DNA from: Eledone cirrhosa
Taxonomy: Eukaryota
Reading direction: 5' to 3'
DNA length: 64,000 nucleotides
Assembly: GCA_964016885.1 (NCBI GenBank)
Contig: OZ024740.1
Coordinates: 290,594,001-290,658,000, forward strand
Made by a program: the position numbers and the translations under genes. Positions within the stretch are counted from its first letter, which is position 1. Each line of letters begins with the position of its first letter. This document shows, piece after piece, positions 28,001 to 40,669 of the stretch. The notes beneath the pieces are model-generated. The model did no database searches. It was not told the DNA's origin and saw nothing but the letters and a program-made list of their open reading frames with translations.

Positions 28001-29330
28001 ATTTGGGTGCCCCGTTTCTTTATGGGGGGTTCCGTTTTTTATTTGGGTGCCCTATTTTTTATTTGGGCGCCCCGTTTTTTATTTGGGTGCCCCGTTTTTT
28101 ATTTGGGTGCCCCGTTTTTTATCTGGGTACCCCGTTTTTTATTTGGGTGCCCCGTTTTTTATTTGGGTGCCTCGTTTTTTATTTGGGTACCCCGTTTTTT
28201 ATTTGGGTGCCCCGTTTTTTATTTGGGTGCCCCGTTTTTTATTTGGGTGCCCCGTTTTTTTATGGGGGGGTCCGTTTTTTATCTGGGTACCCCGTTTTTT
28301 ATTTGGGTACCCCGTTTTTTATTTGGGTGCCCCGTTTTTTTATGGGGGGGTCCGTTTTTTATTTGGATACCCCGTTTTTTATTTGGGTGCCCCGTTCTTT
28401 ATTTGGGTGCCCCGTTTTTTATTTGGGTACCCCGTTATTTATTTGGGTGCCCCGTTTTTTTATGGGGGGGGTCCGTTTTTTATATGGGGGGGTCCGTTTT
28501 TTATTTGGGTGCCCCGTTTTTTATTTGGGTGCCCCGTTTTTTATTTGGGTGCCCCGTTTTTTATTTGGGTACCCCGTTTTTTATTTGGGTACCCCGTTTT
28601 TTATTTGGGTGCCCCGTTTTTTTATGGGGGGGGGGTCCGTTTTTTATTTCGGTGCCCCGTTTTTTATTTGGGTACCCCGTTTTTTATTTGGGTGCCCCGT
28701 TTTTTTTATGGGGGGGTCCGTTTTTTATTTGGGTGCCCCGTTTTTTTATGGGGGGGGTCCGTTTTTTATTTGGGTGCCCCGTTTTTTATTTGGGTGCCCC
28801 GTTTTTTTATGGGGGGGTCCGTTTTTTATTTGGTGCCCCGTTTTTTATTTGGGTGCCCCGTTTTTTTATGGGGGGGGGGTCCGTTTTTTATTTGGGTGCC
28901 CCGTTTTTTATTTGGGTGCCCCGTTTCTTTATGGGGGGTTCCGTTTTTTATTTGGGTGCCCTATTTTTTATTTGGGCGCCCCGTTTTTTTATGGGGGGGG
29001 GTCCGTTTTTTATTTGGGTGCCCCGTTTTTTATTTGGGTGCCCCGTTTTTTTTATGGGGGGGTCCGTTTTTTATTTGGGTGCCCCGTTTTTTATTTGGGT
29101 GCCCCGTTTTTTTATGGGGGGGTCCGTTTTTTATTTGGGTGCCCCGTTTTTTATTTGGGTGCCCCGTTTCTTTATGGGGGGTTCCGTTTTTTATTTGGGT
29201 GCCCTATTTTTTATTTGGGCGCCCCGTTTTTTATGTGGGTGCCCCGTTTTTTATTTGGGTGCCCCGTTTTTTATCTGGGTACCCCGTTTTTTATTTGGGT
29301 GCCCCGTTTTTTATTTGGGTGCCTCGTTTT
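13060..29330 (+). repeat. Large tandem segmental duplication: copy 1 ~13060-22085 (~9.0 kb), copy 2 ~22085-29150 (~7.1 kb), with a short run into a third copy
   Basis: Markers are colinear. ORF ends 13571/22634 and starts 13611/22674 are offset by 9063. Other pairs are GTTCTTTTAT ~16011/~25056, GTGCTCC ~16146/~25189, TTTAGG ~16924/~25968 (ORF starts 16929/25973) and the TTGGTGCC deletion variant ~19771/~28830. ATGTGGG occurs at ~22169/~29233. Confidence 0.8.
18080..21950 (+). repeat. Internal tandem duplication (~1.9-2.0 kb) within copy 1 of the 9-kb duplication
   Basis: The same variant order occurs twice: GGCGCC at ~18080/~19976 and the single-G-deletion monomer TTTGGTGCC at ~19771/~21744. 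The block is present only once in copy 2. Confidence 0.7.
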
Positions 29331-31739
29331 TTATTTGGGTGCCCCGTTTTTTATTTGGGTGCCCCGTTTTTTTTATGGGGGGGTCCGTTTTTTATTTGGG
29401 TGCCCCGTTTTTTATTTGGGTGCCCCGTTTTTTATTTGGGTGCCCCGTTTTTTATTTGGGTGCCCCGTTTTTTTATGGGGGGGTCCGTTTTTTATCTGGG
29501 TACCCCGTTTTTTATTTGGGTACCCCGTTTTTTATTTGGGTGCCCCGTTTTTTATTTGGGTGCCCCGTTTTTTATTTGGGTGCCCCGTTTTTTTATGGGG
29601 GGCCCGTTTTTTATTTGGGTACCCCGTTTTTTATTTGGATGCCCCGTTTTTTTATGGGTGGGGTCCTTTTTTTATTTGGGTACCCCGTTTTTTATTTGGG
29701 TGCCCCTTTTTTTTATGGGGGGGGGGTCCGTTTTTTATTTGGATACCCCGTTTTTTATTTGGGTGCCCCGTGTTTTTATGGGGGGGTCCGTTTTTTATCT
29801 GGGTACCCCGTTTTTTATTTGGGTACCCCGTTTTTTATTTGGGTGCCCCGTTTTTTTATGGGGGTCCGTTTTTTATTTGGGTGCCCTATTTTTTATTTGG
29901 GTGCCCCGTTTTTTATTTGGGTGCCCCGTTTTTTATTTGGGTGCCCCGTTTTTTTATGGGGGGGGTCCGTTTTTCATTTGGGTGCCCCGTTTTTTATTTG
30001 GGTGACCCGTTTTTTATGGGGGGGTCCGTTTTTTATTTGGATACCCCGTTTTTTATTTGGGTGCCCCGTGTTTTTATGGGGGGGTCCGTTTTTTATCTGG
30101 GTACCCCGTTTTTTATTTGGGTACCCCGTTTTTTATTTGGGTGCCCCGTTTCTTTATGGGGGTCCGTTTTTTATTTCGGTGCGCCGTTTTTTGATGGGGG
30201 GGTCCGTTTTTTATTTGGGTGTCCCGTTTTTTATTTGGGTGTCTCGTTTTTTATTTGGGTGCCCCGTTATTTTATGGGGGGTCCGTTTTTCATTTGGGTG
30301 CCCCGTTTTTTATTTGGGTGCCCCGTTTTTTATTTGGGTGCCCCGTTTTTTTATGGGGGGGTCCGTTTTTTATTTGGGTGCCCCGTTTTTTTATGGGGGG
30401 GTCCGTTTTTTATTTGGGTGCCCCGTTTTTTATTTGGGTGCCCCGTTTTTTATTTGGGTGCCCCGTTTTTTGATGGGGGGTCCGTTTTTTATTTGGGTGC
30501 CCCGTTTTTTATTTGGGTGCCCCGTTTTTTATTTGGGTACCCCGTTATTTATTTGGGTGCCCCGTTTTTTTATGGGGGGGGTCCGTTTTTTATATGGGGG
30601 GGTCCGTTTTTTATTTGGGTGCCCCGTTTTTTATTTGGGTGCCCCGTTTTTTATTTGGGTGCCCCGTTTTTTATTTGGGTACCCCGTTTTTTATTTGGGT
30701 GCCCCGTTTTTTTTATGGGGGGGTCCGTTTTTTATTTGGGTGCCCCGTTTTTTTATGGGGGGGTCCGTTTTTTATTTCGGTGCCCCGTTTTTTATTTGGG
30801 TACCCCGTTTTTTATTTGGGTGCCCCGTTTTTTTATGGGGGGGTCCGTTTTTTATTTGGGTGCCCCGTTTTTTTATGGGGGGGGTCCGTTTTTTTATTTG
30901 GATACCCCGTTTTTTATTTGGGTGCCCCGTTTTTTATTTGGGTGCCTCGTTTTTTTATGGGGGGGGTCCGTTTTTTATCTGGGTACCCCGTTTTTTATTT
31001 GGGTACCCCGTTTTTTATTTGGGTGCCCCGTTTTTTATTTGGGTGCCCCGTTTTTTATTTGGGTGCCCCGTTTTTTTTATGGGGGGGTCCGTTTTTTATT
31101 TGGGTGCCCCGTTTTTTATTTGGGTGCCCCGTTTTTTTATGGGGGGGTCCGTTTTTTATTTGGGTGCCCCGTTTTTTATTTGGGTGCCCCGTTTTTTTAT
31201 GGGGGGGGGTCCGTTTTTTATTTGGGTGCCCCGTTTTTTATTTGGGTGCCCCGTTTCTTTATGGGGGGTTCCGTTTTTTATTTGGGTGCCCTATTTTTTA
31301 TTTGGGCGCCCCGTTTTTTTTATGGGGGGGTCCGTTTTTTATTTGGGTGCCCCGTTTTTTTATGGGGGGGTCCGTTTTTTATTTGGGTGCCCCGTTTTTT
31401 ATTTGGGTGCCCCGTTTTTTATTTGGGTGCCCCGTTTTTTATTTGGGTGCCCCGTTTTTTATTTGGGTGCCCCGTTTTTTGATGGGGGGTCCGTTTTTTA
31501 TTTGGGTGCCCCGTTTTTTATTTGGGTGCCCCGTTTTTTTATGGGGGGGGTCCGTTTTTTATTTGGGTGCCCCGTTTTTTTGTGGGGGGGTCCGTTTTTT
31601 ATTTGGGTGCCCCGTTTTTTTATGGGGGGGTCCGTTTTTTATCTGGGTACCCCGTTTTTTATTTGGGTACCCCGTTTTTTATTTTGGTGCCCCGTTCTTT
31701 ATTTGGGTGCCCCGTTTTTTATTTGGGTGCCCCGTTTTT

Positions 31740-32560
31740 TTATGGGGGGGTCCGTTTTTTATTTGGGTGTCCCGTTTTTTTATGGGGGGGTCCGTTTTTT
31801 ATTTGGGTGACCCGTTTTTTTATGGGGGGGTCCGTTTTTTATCTGGGTACCCCGTTTTTTATTTGGGTACCCCGTTTTTTATTTGGGTGCCCCGTTTTTT
31901 ATTTGGGTGCCCCGTTTTTTATTTGGGTGCCCCGTTTTTTTTATGGGGGGGTCCGTTTTTTATTTGGGTGCCCCGTTTTTTATTTGGGTGCCCCGTTTTT
32001 TTATGGGGGGGTCCGTTTTTTATTTGGGTGCCCCGTTTTTTATTTGGGTGCCCCGTTTTTTTATGGGGGGTCCGTTTTTTATTTGGGTGCCCCGTTTTTT
32101 TATGGGGGGGTCCGTTTTTTATCTGGGTACCCCGTTTTTTATTTGGGTACCCCGTTTTTTATTTGGGTGCCCCGTTTTTTATTTGGGTGCCCCGTTTTTT
32201 ATTTGGGTGCCCCGTTTTTTTATGGGGGGGTCCGTTTTTTATTTGGGTGCCCCGTTTTTTTATGGGGGGGTCCGTTTTTTATTTGGGTGACCCGTTTTTT
32301 TATGGGGGGGTCCGTTTTTTATCTGGGTACCCCGTTTTTTATTTGGGTACCCCGTTTTTTATTTGGGTGCCCCGTTTTTTATTTGGGTGCCCCGTTTTTT
32401 ATTTGGGTGCCCCGTTTTTTTTATGGGGGGGTCCGTTTTTTATTTGGGTGCCCCGTTTTTTATTTGGGTGCCCCGTTTTTTTATGGGGGGGTCCGTTTTT
32501 TATTTGGGTGCCCCGTTTTTTATTTGGGTGCCCCGTTTTTTTATGGGGGGGGGGTCCGTT
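31740..32560 (+). repeat. 480-bp (24-monomer) local duplication
   Basis: GGGTGACCC occurs at ~31805 and ~32285. ORF starts 31883/32363 are offset by 480 with matching downstream order. Confidence 0.7.
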
Positions 32561-32949
32561 TTTTATTTGGGTGCCCCGTTTTTTATTTGGGTGCCCCGTT
32601 TTTTATTTGGGTGCCCCGTTTTTTGATGGGGGGTCCGTTTTTTATTTGGGTGCCCCGTTTTTTATTTGGGTGCCCCGTTTTTTTATGGGGGGGTCCGTTT
32701 TTTATTTGGGTGCCCCGTTTTTTTATGGGGGGGTCCGTTTTTTATTTGGGTGCCCCGTTTTTTTATGGGGGGGTCCGTTTTTTATCTGGGTACCCCGTTT
32801 TTTATTTGGGTACCCCGTTTTTTATTTGGGTGCCCCGTTTTTTATTTGGGTGCCCCGTTTTTTATTTGGGTGCCCCGTTTTTTTTATGGGGGGGTCCGTT
32901 TTTTATTTGGGTGCCCCGTTTTTTATTTGGGTGCCCCGTTTTTTTATGG

Positions 32950-34280
32950 GGGGGGTCCGTTTTTTATTTGGGTGCCCCGTTTTTTATTTGGGTGCCCCGT
33001 TTCTTTATGGGGGGTTCCGTTTTTTATTTGGGTGCCCTATTTTTTATTTGGGCGCCCCGTTTTTTATTTGGGTGCCCCGTTTTTTATTTGGGTGCCTCGT
33101 TTTTTATTTGGGTACCCCGTTTTTTATTTGGGTGCCCCGTTTTTTATTTGGGTGCCCCGTTTTTTATTTGGGTGCCCCGTTTTTTATTTGGGTGCCCCGT
33201 TTTTTTATGGGGGGGTCCGTTTTTTATCTGGGTACCCCGTTTTTTATTTGGGTACCCCGTTTTTTATTTGGGTGCCCCGTTTTTTTATGGGGGGGTCCGT
33301 TTTTTATTTGGATACCCCGTTTTTTATTTGGGTGCCCCGTTTTTTATTTGGGTGCCCCGTTTTTTATTTGGGTACCCCGTTATTTATTTGGGTGCCCCGT
33401 TTTTTTATGGGGGGGTCCGTTTTTTATATGGGGGGGTCCGTTTTTTATTTGGGTGCCCCGTTTTTTATTTGGGTGCCCCGTTTTTTATTTGGGTGCCCCG
33501 TTTTTTATTTGGGTACCCCGTTTTTTATTTGGGTGCCCCGTTTTTTATTTGGGTGCCCCGTTTTTTTTATGGGGGGGTCCGTATTTTATTTGGGTGCCCC
33601 GTTTTTTTATGGGGGGGGTCCGTTTTTTATTTCGGTGCCCCGTTTTTTATTTGGGTACCCCGTTTTTTATTTGGGTGCCCCGTTTTTTTATGGGGGGGTC
33701 CGTTTTTTATTTGGGTGCCCCGTTTTTTTATGGGGGGGTCCGTTTTTTATTTGGGTGCCCCGTTTATTATTTGGGTGCCCCGTTTTTTTATGGGGGGGGG
33801 GTCCGTTTTTTATTTGGGTGCCCCGTGTTTTATTTGGGTGCCCCGTTTCTTTATGGGGGGTTCCGTTTTTTATTTGGGTGCCCTATTTTTTATTTGGGCG
33901 CCCCGTTTTTTATTTGGGTGCCCCGTTTTTTATTTGGGTGCCTCGTTTTTTATTTGGGTACCCCGTTTTTTATTTGGGTGCCCCGTTTTTTATTTGGGTG
34001 CCCCGTTTTTTATTTGGGTGCCCCGTTTTTTATTTGGGTGCCCCGTTTTTTTATGGGGGGGTCCGTTTTTTATCTGGGTACCCCGTTTTTTATTTGGGTA
34101 CCCCGTTTTTTATTTGGGTGCCCCGTTTTTTTATGGGGGGGTCCGTTTTTTATTTGGATACCCCGTTTTTTATTTGGGTGCCCCGTTTTTTATTTGGGTG
34201 CCCCGTTTTTTATTTGGGTACCCCGTTATTTATTTGGGTGCCCCGTTTTTTTATGGGGGGGTCCGTTTTTTATATAGGGG
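32950..34280 (+). repeat. ~840-bp offset local duplication
   Basis: The series TTTCTTT-B / CCCTAT / GGCGCC / CCTCG / GGATACC / TTATTT / ATAT runs at ~33000-33430 and again at ~33845-34275. Confidence 0.6.
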
Positions 34281-37200
34281 GTCCGTTTTTTATTTGGGTG
34301 CCCCGTTTTTTATTTGGGTGCCTCGTTTTTTATTTGGGTACCCCGTTTTTTATTTGGGTGCCCCGTTTTTTATTTGGGTGCCCCGTTTTTTATTTGGGTG
34401 CCCCGTTTTTTATTTGGGTGCCCCGTTTTTTTATGGGGGGGTCCGTTTTTTATCTGGGTACCCCGTTTTTTATTTGGGTACCCCGTTTTTTATTTGGGTG
34501 CCCCGTTTTTTATTTGGGTGCCCCGTTTTTTATTTGGGTGCCCCGTTTTTTTATGGGGGGGTCCGTTTTTTATTTGGGTGCCCCGTTTTTTTATGGGGGG
34601 GTCCGTTTTTTATTTGGGTGCCCCGTTTTTTTATGGGGGGGTCCGTTTTTTATCTGGGTACCCCGTTTTTTTATTTGGGTACCCCGTTTTTTATTTGGGT
34701 GCCCCGTTTTTTATTTGGGTGCCCCGTTTTTTATTTGGGTGCCCCGTTTTTTTTTATGGGGGGGTCCGTTTTTTATTTGGGTGCCCCGTTTTTTATTTGG
34801 GTGCCCCGTTTTTTATTTGGGTGCCCCGTTTTTTTATGGGGGGGGTCCGTTTTTTATTTGGGTGCCCCGTTTTTTATTTGGGTGCCCCGTTTCTTTATGG
34901 GGGGTTCCGTTTTTTATTTGGGTGCCCTATTTTTTATTTGGGCGCCTCGTTTTTTATTTGGGTGCCCCGTTTTTTATTTGGGTGCCCCGTTTTTTATCTG
35001 GGTACCCCGTTTTTTATTTGGGTGCCGCATTTTTTATTTGGGTGCCTCGTTTTTTATTTGGGTACCCCGTTTTTTATTTGGGTGCCCCGTTTTTTATTTG
35101 GGTGCCCCGTTTTTTATTTGGGTGCCCCGTTTTTTATTTGGGTGCCCCGTTTTTTTATGGGGGGGTCCGTTTTTTATCTGGGTACCCCGTTTTTTATTTG
35201 GGTACCCCGTTTTTTATTTGGGTGCCCCGTTTTTTTATGGGGGGGTCCGTTTTTTATTTGGATACCCCGTTTTTTATTTGGGTGCCCCGTTTTTTATTTG
35301 GGTGCCCCGTTTTTTATTTGGGTACCCCGTTATTTATTTGGGTGCCCCGTTTTTTTATGGGGGGGGTCCGTTTTTTATATGGGGGGGGTCCGTTTTTTAT
35401 TTGGGTGCCCCGTTTTTTATTTGGGTGCCCCGTTTTTTATTTGGGTGCCCCGTTTTTTATTTGGGTACCCCGTTTTTTATTTGGGTACCCCGTTTTTTAT
35501 TTGGGTGCCCCGTTTTTTTTATGGGGGGGGTCCGTTTTTTATTTGGGTGCCCCGTTTTTTTATGGGGGGGGGTCCGTTTTTTATTTCGGTGCCCCGTTTT
35601 TTATTTGGGTACCCCGTTTTTTATTTGGGTGCCCCATTTTTTTTATGGGGGGGTCCGTTTTTTATTTGGGTGCCCCGTTTTTTTATGGGGGGGGTCCGTT
35701 TTTTTATTTGGATACCCCGTTTTTTATTTGGGTGCCCCGTTTTTTATTTGGGTGCCCCGTTTTTTTTATGGGGGGGGTCCGTTTTTTATCTGGGTACCCC
35801 GTTTTTTATTTGGGTACCCCGTTTTTTATTTGGGTGCCCCGTTTTTTATTTGGGTGCCCCGTTTTTTATTTGGGTGCCCCGTTTTTTTTATGGGGGGGTC
35901 CGTTTTTTATTTGGGTGCCCCGTTTTTTATTTGGGTGCCCCGTTTTTTTATGGGGGGGTCCGTTTTTTATTTGGGTGCCCCGTTTTTTATTTGGGTGCCC
36001 CGTTTTTTTATGGGGGGGGTCCGTTTTTTATTTGGGTGCCCCGTTTTTTATTTGGGTGCCCCGTTTCTTTATGGGGGGTTCCGTTTTTTATTTGGGTGCC
36101 CTATTTTTTATTTGGGCGCCCCGTTTTTTTATGGGGGGGTCCGTTTTTTATTTGGGTGCCCCGTTTTTTATTTGGGTGCCCCGTTTCTTTATGGGGGGTT
36201 CCGTTTTTTATTTGGGTGCCCTATTTTTTATTTGGGCGCCCCGTTTTTTATTTGGGTGCCCCGTTTTTTATTTGGGTGCCCCGTTTTTTATCTGGGTACC
36301 CCGTTTTTTATTTGGGTGCCCCGTTTTTTATTTGGGTGCCTCGTTTTTTATTTGGGTACCCCGTTTTTTATTTGGGTGCCCCGTTTTTTATTTGGGTGCC
36401 CCGTTTTTTATTTGGGTGCCCCGTTTTTTATTTGGGTGCCCCGTTTTTTTATGGGGGGGTCCGTTTTTTATCTGGGTACCCCGTTTTTTATTTGGGTACC
36501 CCGTTTTTTATTTGGGTGCCCCGTTTTTTTTATGGGGTGGTCCGTTTTTTATTTGGGTGCCCCGTTTTTTTATGGGGGGGGGTCCGTTTTTTATTTGGGT
36601 GCCCCGTTTTTTTATGGGGGGGGGTCCGTTTTTTATTTCGGTGCCCCGTTTTTTATTTGGGTACCCCGTTTTTTATTTGGGTGCCCCGTTTTTTTTATGG
36701 GGGGGTCCGTTTTTTATTTGGGTGCCCCGTTTTTTTATGGGGGGGTCCGTTTTTTTATTTGGATACACCGTTTTTTATTTGGGTGCCCCGTGTTTTTATT
36801 TGGGTGCCCCGTTTTTTTAGGGGGGGGGTCCGTTTTTTATCTGGGTACCCCGTTTTTTATTTGGGTACCCCGTTTTTTATTTGGGTGCCCCGTTTTTTAT
36901 TTGGGTGCCCCGTTTTTTATTTGGGTGCCCCGTTTTTTTTATGGGGGGGTCCGTTTTTTATTTGGGTGCCCCGTTTTTTATTTGGGTGCCCCGTTTTTTT
37001 TATGGGGGGGTCCGTTTTTTATTTGGGTGCCCCGTTTTTTTATGGGGGGGGGGTCCGTTTTTTATTTGGGTGCCCTATTTTTTATTTGGGTGCCCCGTTT
37101 TTTATTTGGGTGCCCCGTTTTTTATTTGGGTGCCCCGTTTTTTTATGGGGGGGGTCCGTTTTTTATTTGGGTGCCCCGTTTTTTATTTGGGTGCCCCGTT

Positions 37201-40200
37201 TTTTTATGGGGGGATCCGTTTTTTATTTGGGTGGCTCGTTTTTTTATGGGGGGGGGTCCGTTTTTTATTTCGGTGCCCCGTTTTTTATTTGGGTACCCCG
37301 TTTTTTATTTGGGTGCCCCGTTTTTTTTTATGGGGGGGCCCGTTTTTTATTTGGGTGCCCCGTTCTTTTATGGGGGGGGGGTCCGTTTTTATTTGGGTGC
37401 CCCGTTTTTTATTTGGGTGCCCCGTTTCTTGTTTGGGTGCCCCGTTTTTTGTTTGGGTGCCCCGTTTTTTTTATGGGGGGGTCCGTTTTTTAATTGGGTA
37501 CCCCGTTTTTTATTTGGGTGCCCCGTTTTTTTATGGGGGGTTCCGTTTTTTATTTGGGTGCCCTATTTTTTATTTGGGCGCCCCGTTTTTTATTTGGGTG
37601 CCCCGTTTTTTATTTGGGTGCCCCGTTTTTTATTTGGGTGCCCCGTTTTTTTATGGGGGGGGTCCGTTTTTTATCTGGGTACCCCGTTTTTTATTTGTGT
37701 ACCCCGTTTTTTATTTGGGTGCCCCGTTTTTTATTTGGGTGCCCCTTTTTTTATTTGGGCGCCCCGTTTTTTATTTAGGTGCCCCGTTTTTTTATGGGGG
37801 TGTCCGTTTTTTATCTGGGTACCCCGTTTTTTATCTGGGTACCCCGTTTTTTATTTGGGTACCCCGTATTTTATTTGGGTGCCCCGTTTTTTTATGGGAG
37901 GGGGTCCGTTTTTTATTTGGATACCCCGTTTTTTATTTGGGTGCCCCGTTTTTTATTTGGGTGCCCCCTTTTTTTATGGGGGGTCCGTTTTTTATTTGGG
38001 TGCCCCGTTTTTTATTTGGATACCTCGTTTTTTATTTGGGTGCCCCGTTTTTTTATGGTGGGGCCGTTTTTTATCTGGGTACCCCGTTTTTTATTTGGGT
38101 GCCCCGTTTTTTATTTGTGTGCCCCGTTTTTTTATGGGGGGGGGTCCGTTTTTTATTTGGGTGCCCCGTTTTTTATTTGGGTGACCCGTTTTTTTATGGG
38201 GGGGTCCGTTTTTTATTTGGATACCCCGTTTTTTATTTGGGTGCCCCGTGTTTTTATGGGGGGGGTCCGTTTTTTATCTGGGTACCCCGTTTTTTATTTG
38301 GGTACCCCGTTTTTTATTTGGGTGCCCCGTTTTTTTATGGGGGGTCCGTTTTTTATTTCGGTGCGCCGTTTTTTGATGGGGGGGTCCGTTTTTTATTTGG
38401 GTGTCCCGTTTTTTATTTGGGTGCCTCGTTTTTTATTTGGGTGCCCCGTTTTTTTATGGGGGGTCCGTTTTTTATCTGGGTACCCCATTTTTTATTTGGG
38501 TGCCCCGTTTTTTATTTGGGTGCCTCGTTTTTTATTTGGGTACCCCCGTTTTTTATTTGGGTGCCCCGTTTTTTATTTGGGTGCCCCGTTTTTTATTTGG
38601 GTGCCCCGTTTTTTTATGGGGGGGGTCCGTTTTTTATCTGGGTACCCCGTTTTTTATTTGTGTACCCCGTTTTTTATTTGGGTGCCCCGTTTTTTATTTG
38701 GGTGCCCCTTTTTTTATTTGGGCGCCCCGTTTTTTATTTAGGTGCCCCGTTTTTTTATGGGGGTGTCCGTTTTTTTATCTGGGTACCCCGTTTTTTATTT
38801 GGGTACCCCGTTTTTTATTTGGGTGCCCCGTTTTTTATTTGGGTGCCCCTTTTTTTATGGGGGGTCCGTTTTTTATTTCGGTGCCCCGTTTTTTGATGGG
38901 GGGGTCTGTTTTTTATTTGGGTGCCCCGTTTTCTATTTGGGTGCGCCGTTTTTTATTTGGGTGCCCCGTTTGTTATTTGGGTGCCCCGTTTTTTTATGGG
39001 GGGGGTCCGTTTTTTATCTGGGTACCCCGTTTTTTATTTTGGGCGCCCCGTTTTTTATTTGGGTGCCCCGTATTTTATTTGGGTGCCCCGTTTTTTTATG
39101 GGAGGGGGTCCGTTTTTTATTTGGATACCCCGTTTTTTATTTGGGTGCCCCGTTTTTTATTTGGGTACCCCGTTTTTTATTTGGGTGCCCCGTTTTTTAT
39201 TTGGGTGACTCGTTTTTTATTTGGGTACCCCGTTTTTTATTTGGGTGCCCCGTTTTTTTATGGGGGGGGTCCGTTTTTTATATGGGGGGGTCCGTTTTTT
39301 ATTTGGGTGCCCCGTTTTTTATTTGGGTACCCCGTTTTTTATTTGGGTGCCCCGTTTTTTTTATGGGGGGGTCCGTTTTTTATTTGGGTGCCCCGTTTTT
39401 TTATGGGGGGGGGTCCGTTTTTTATTTCGGTGCCCCGTTTTTTATTTGGGTACCCCGTTTTTTATTTGGGTGCCCCGTTTTTTTATGGGGGGGTCCGTTT
39501 TTTATTTGGGTGCCCCCGTTTTTTTATGGGGGGGGTCCGTTTTTTTATTTGGATACCCCGTTTTTTATTTGGGTGCCCCGTTTTTTATTTGGGTGCCCCG
39601 TTTTTTTATGGGGGGGGTCCGTTTTATATCTGGGTACCCCGTTTTTTATTTGGGTACCCCCGTTTTTTATTTGGGTGCCCCGTTTTTTATTTGGGTGCCC
39701 CGTTTTTTTATGGGGGGGTTCGTTTTTTATCAGGGTACCCCGTTTTTTATTTGGGTACCACCGTTTTTTATTTGGGTGCCCCGTTTTTTATTTGGGTGCC
39801 CCGTTTTTTTATGGGGGGGTTCGTTTTTTATCTGGGTACCCCCGTTTTTTATTTGGGTACCCCGTTTTTTATTTGGGTGCCCCGTTTTTTATTTGGGTGC
39901 CCCGTTTTTTGTTTGGGTGCCCCGTTTTTTTTATGGGGGGGTCCGTTTTTTATTTGGGTGCCCCTCTTTTTATTTGGGTGCCCCGTTTTTTATTTGGGTG
40001 CCCCGTTTTTTATTTGGGTGCCCCGTTTTTTTATGGGGGGGGCCCGTTTTTTATTTGGGTACCCCGTTTTTTATTTGGGTGCCCCGTTTTTTTATGGGGG
40101 GGGGGTCCGTTTTTTATTTGGGTACCCCGTTTTTTATTTGGGTGCCCCGTTTTTTTATGGGGGGGTCCGTTTTTTATTTGGGTGCCCTATTTTTTATTTG

Positions 40201-40669
40201 GGTGCCCCGTTTTTTATTTGGGTGCCCCGTTTTTTATTTGGGTGCCCCGTTTTTTTATGGGGGGTTCCGTTTTTTATTTGGGTGCCCTATTTTTTATTTG
40301 GGCGCCCCGTTTTTTATTTGGGTGCCCTGTTTTTTATTTGGGTGCCCCGTTTTTTTATGGGGGGGGTCCGTTTTTTATTTCGGTGCCCCGTTTTTTATTT
40401 GGGTACCCCGTTTTTTATTTGGGTGCCCCGTTTTTTTATGGGGGGGTCCGTTTTTTATTTGGGTGCCCCGTTCTTTTATGGGGGGGGTCCGTTTTTATTT
40501 GGGTGCCCCGTTTTTTATTTGGGTGCCCCGTTTTTTGTTTGGGTGCCCCGTTTTTTTTATGGGGGGGTCCGTTTTTTAATTGGGTACCCCGTTTTTTATT
40601 TGGGTGCCCCGTTTTTTTATGGGGGGTTCCGTTTTTTATTTGGGTGCCCTATTTTTTATTTGGGCGCCC

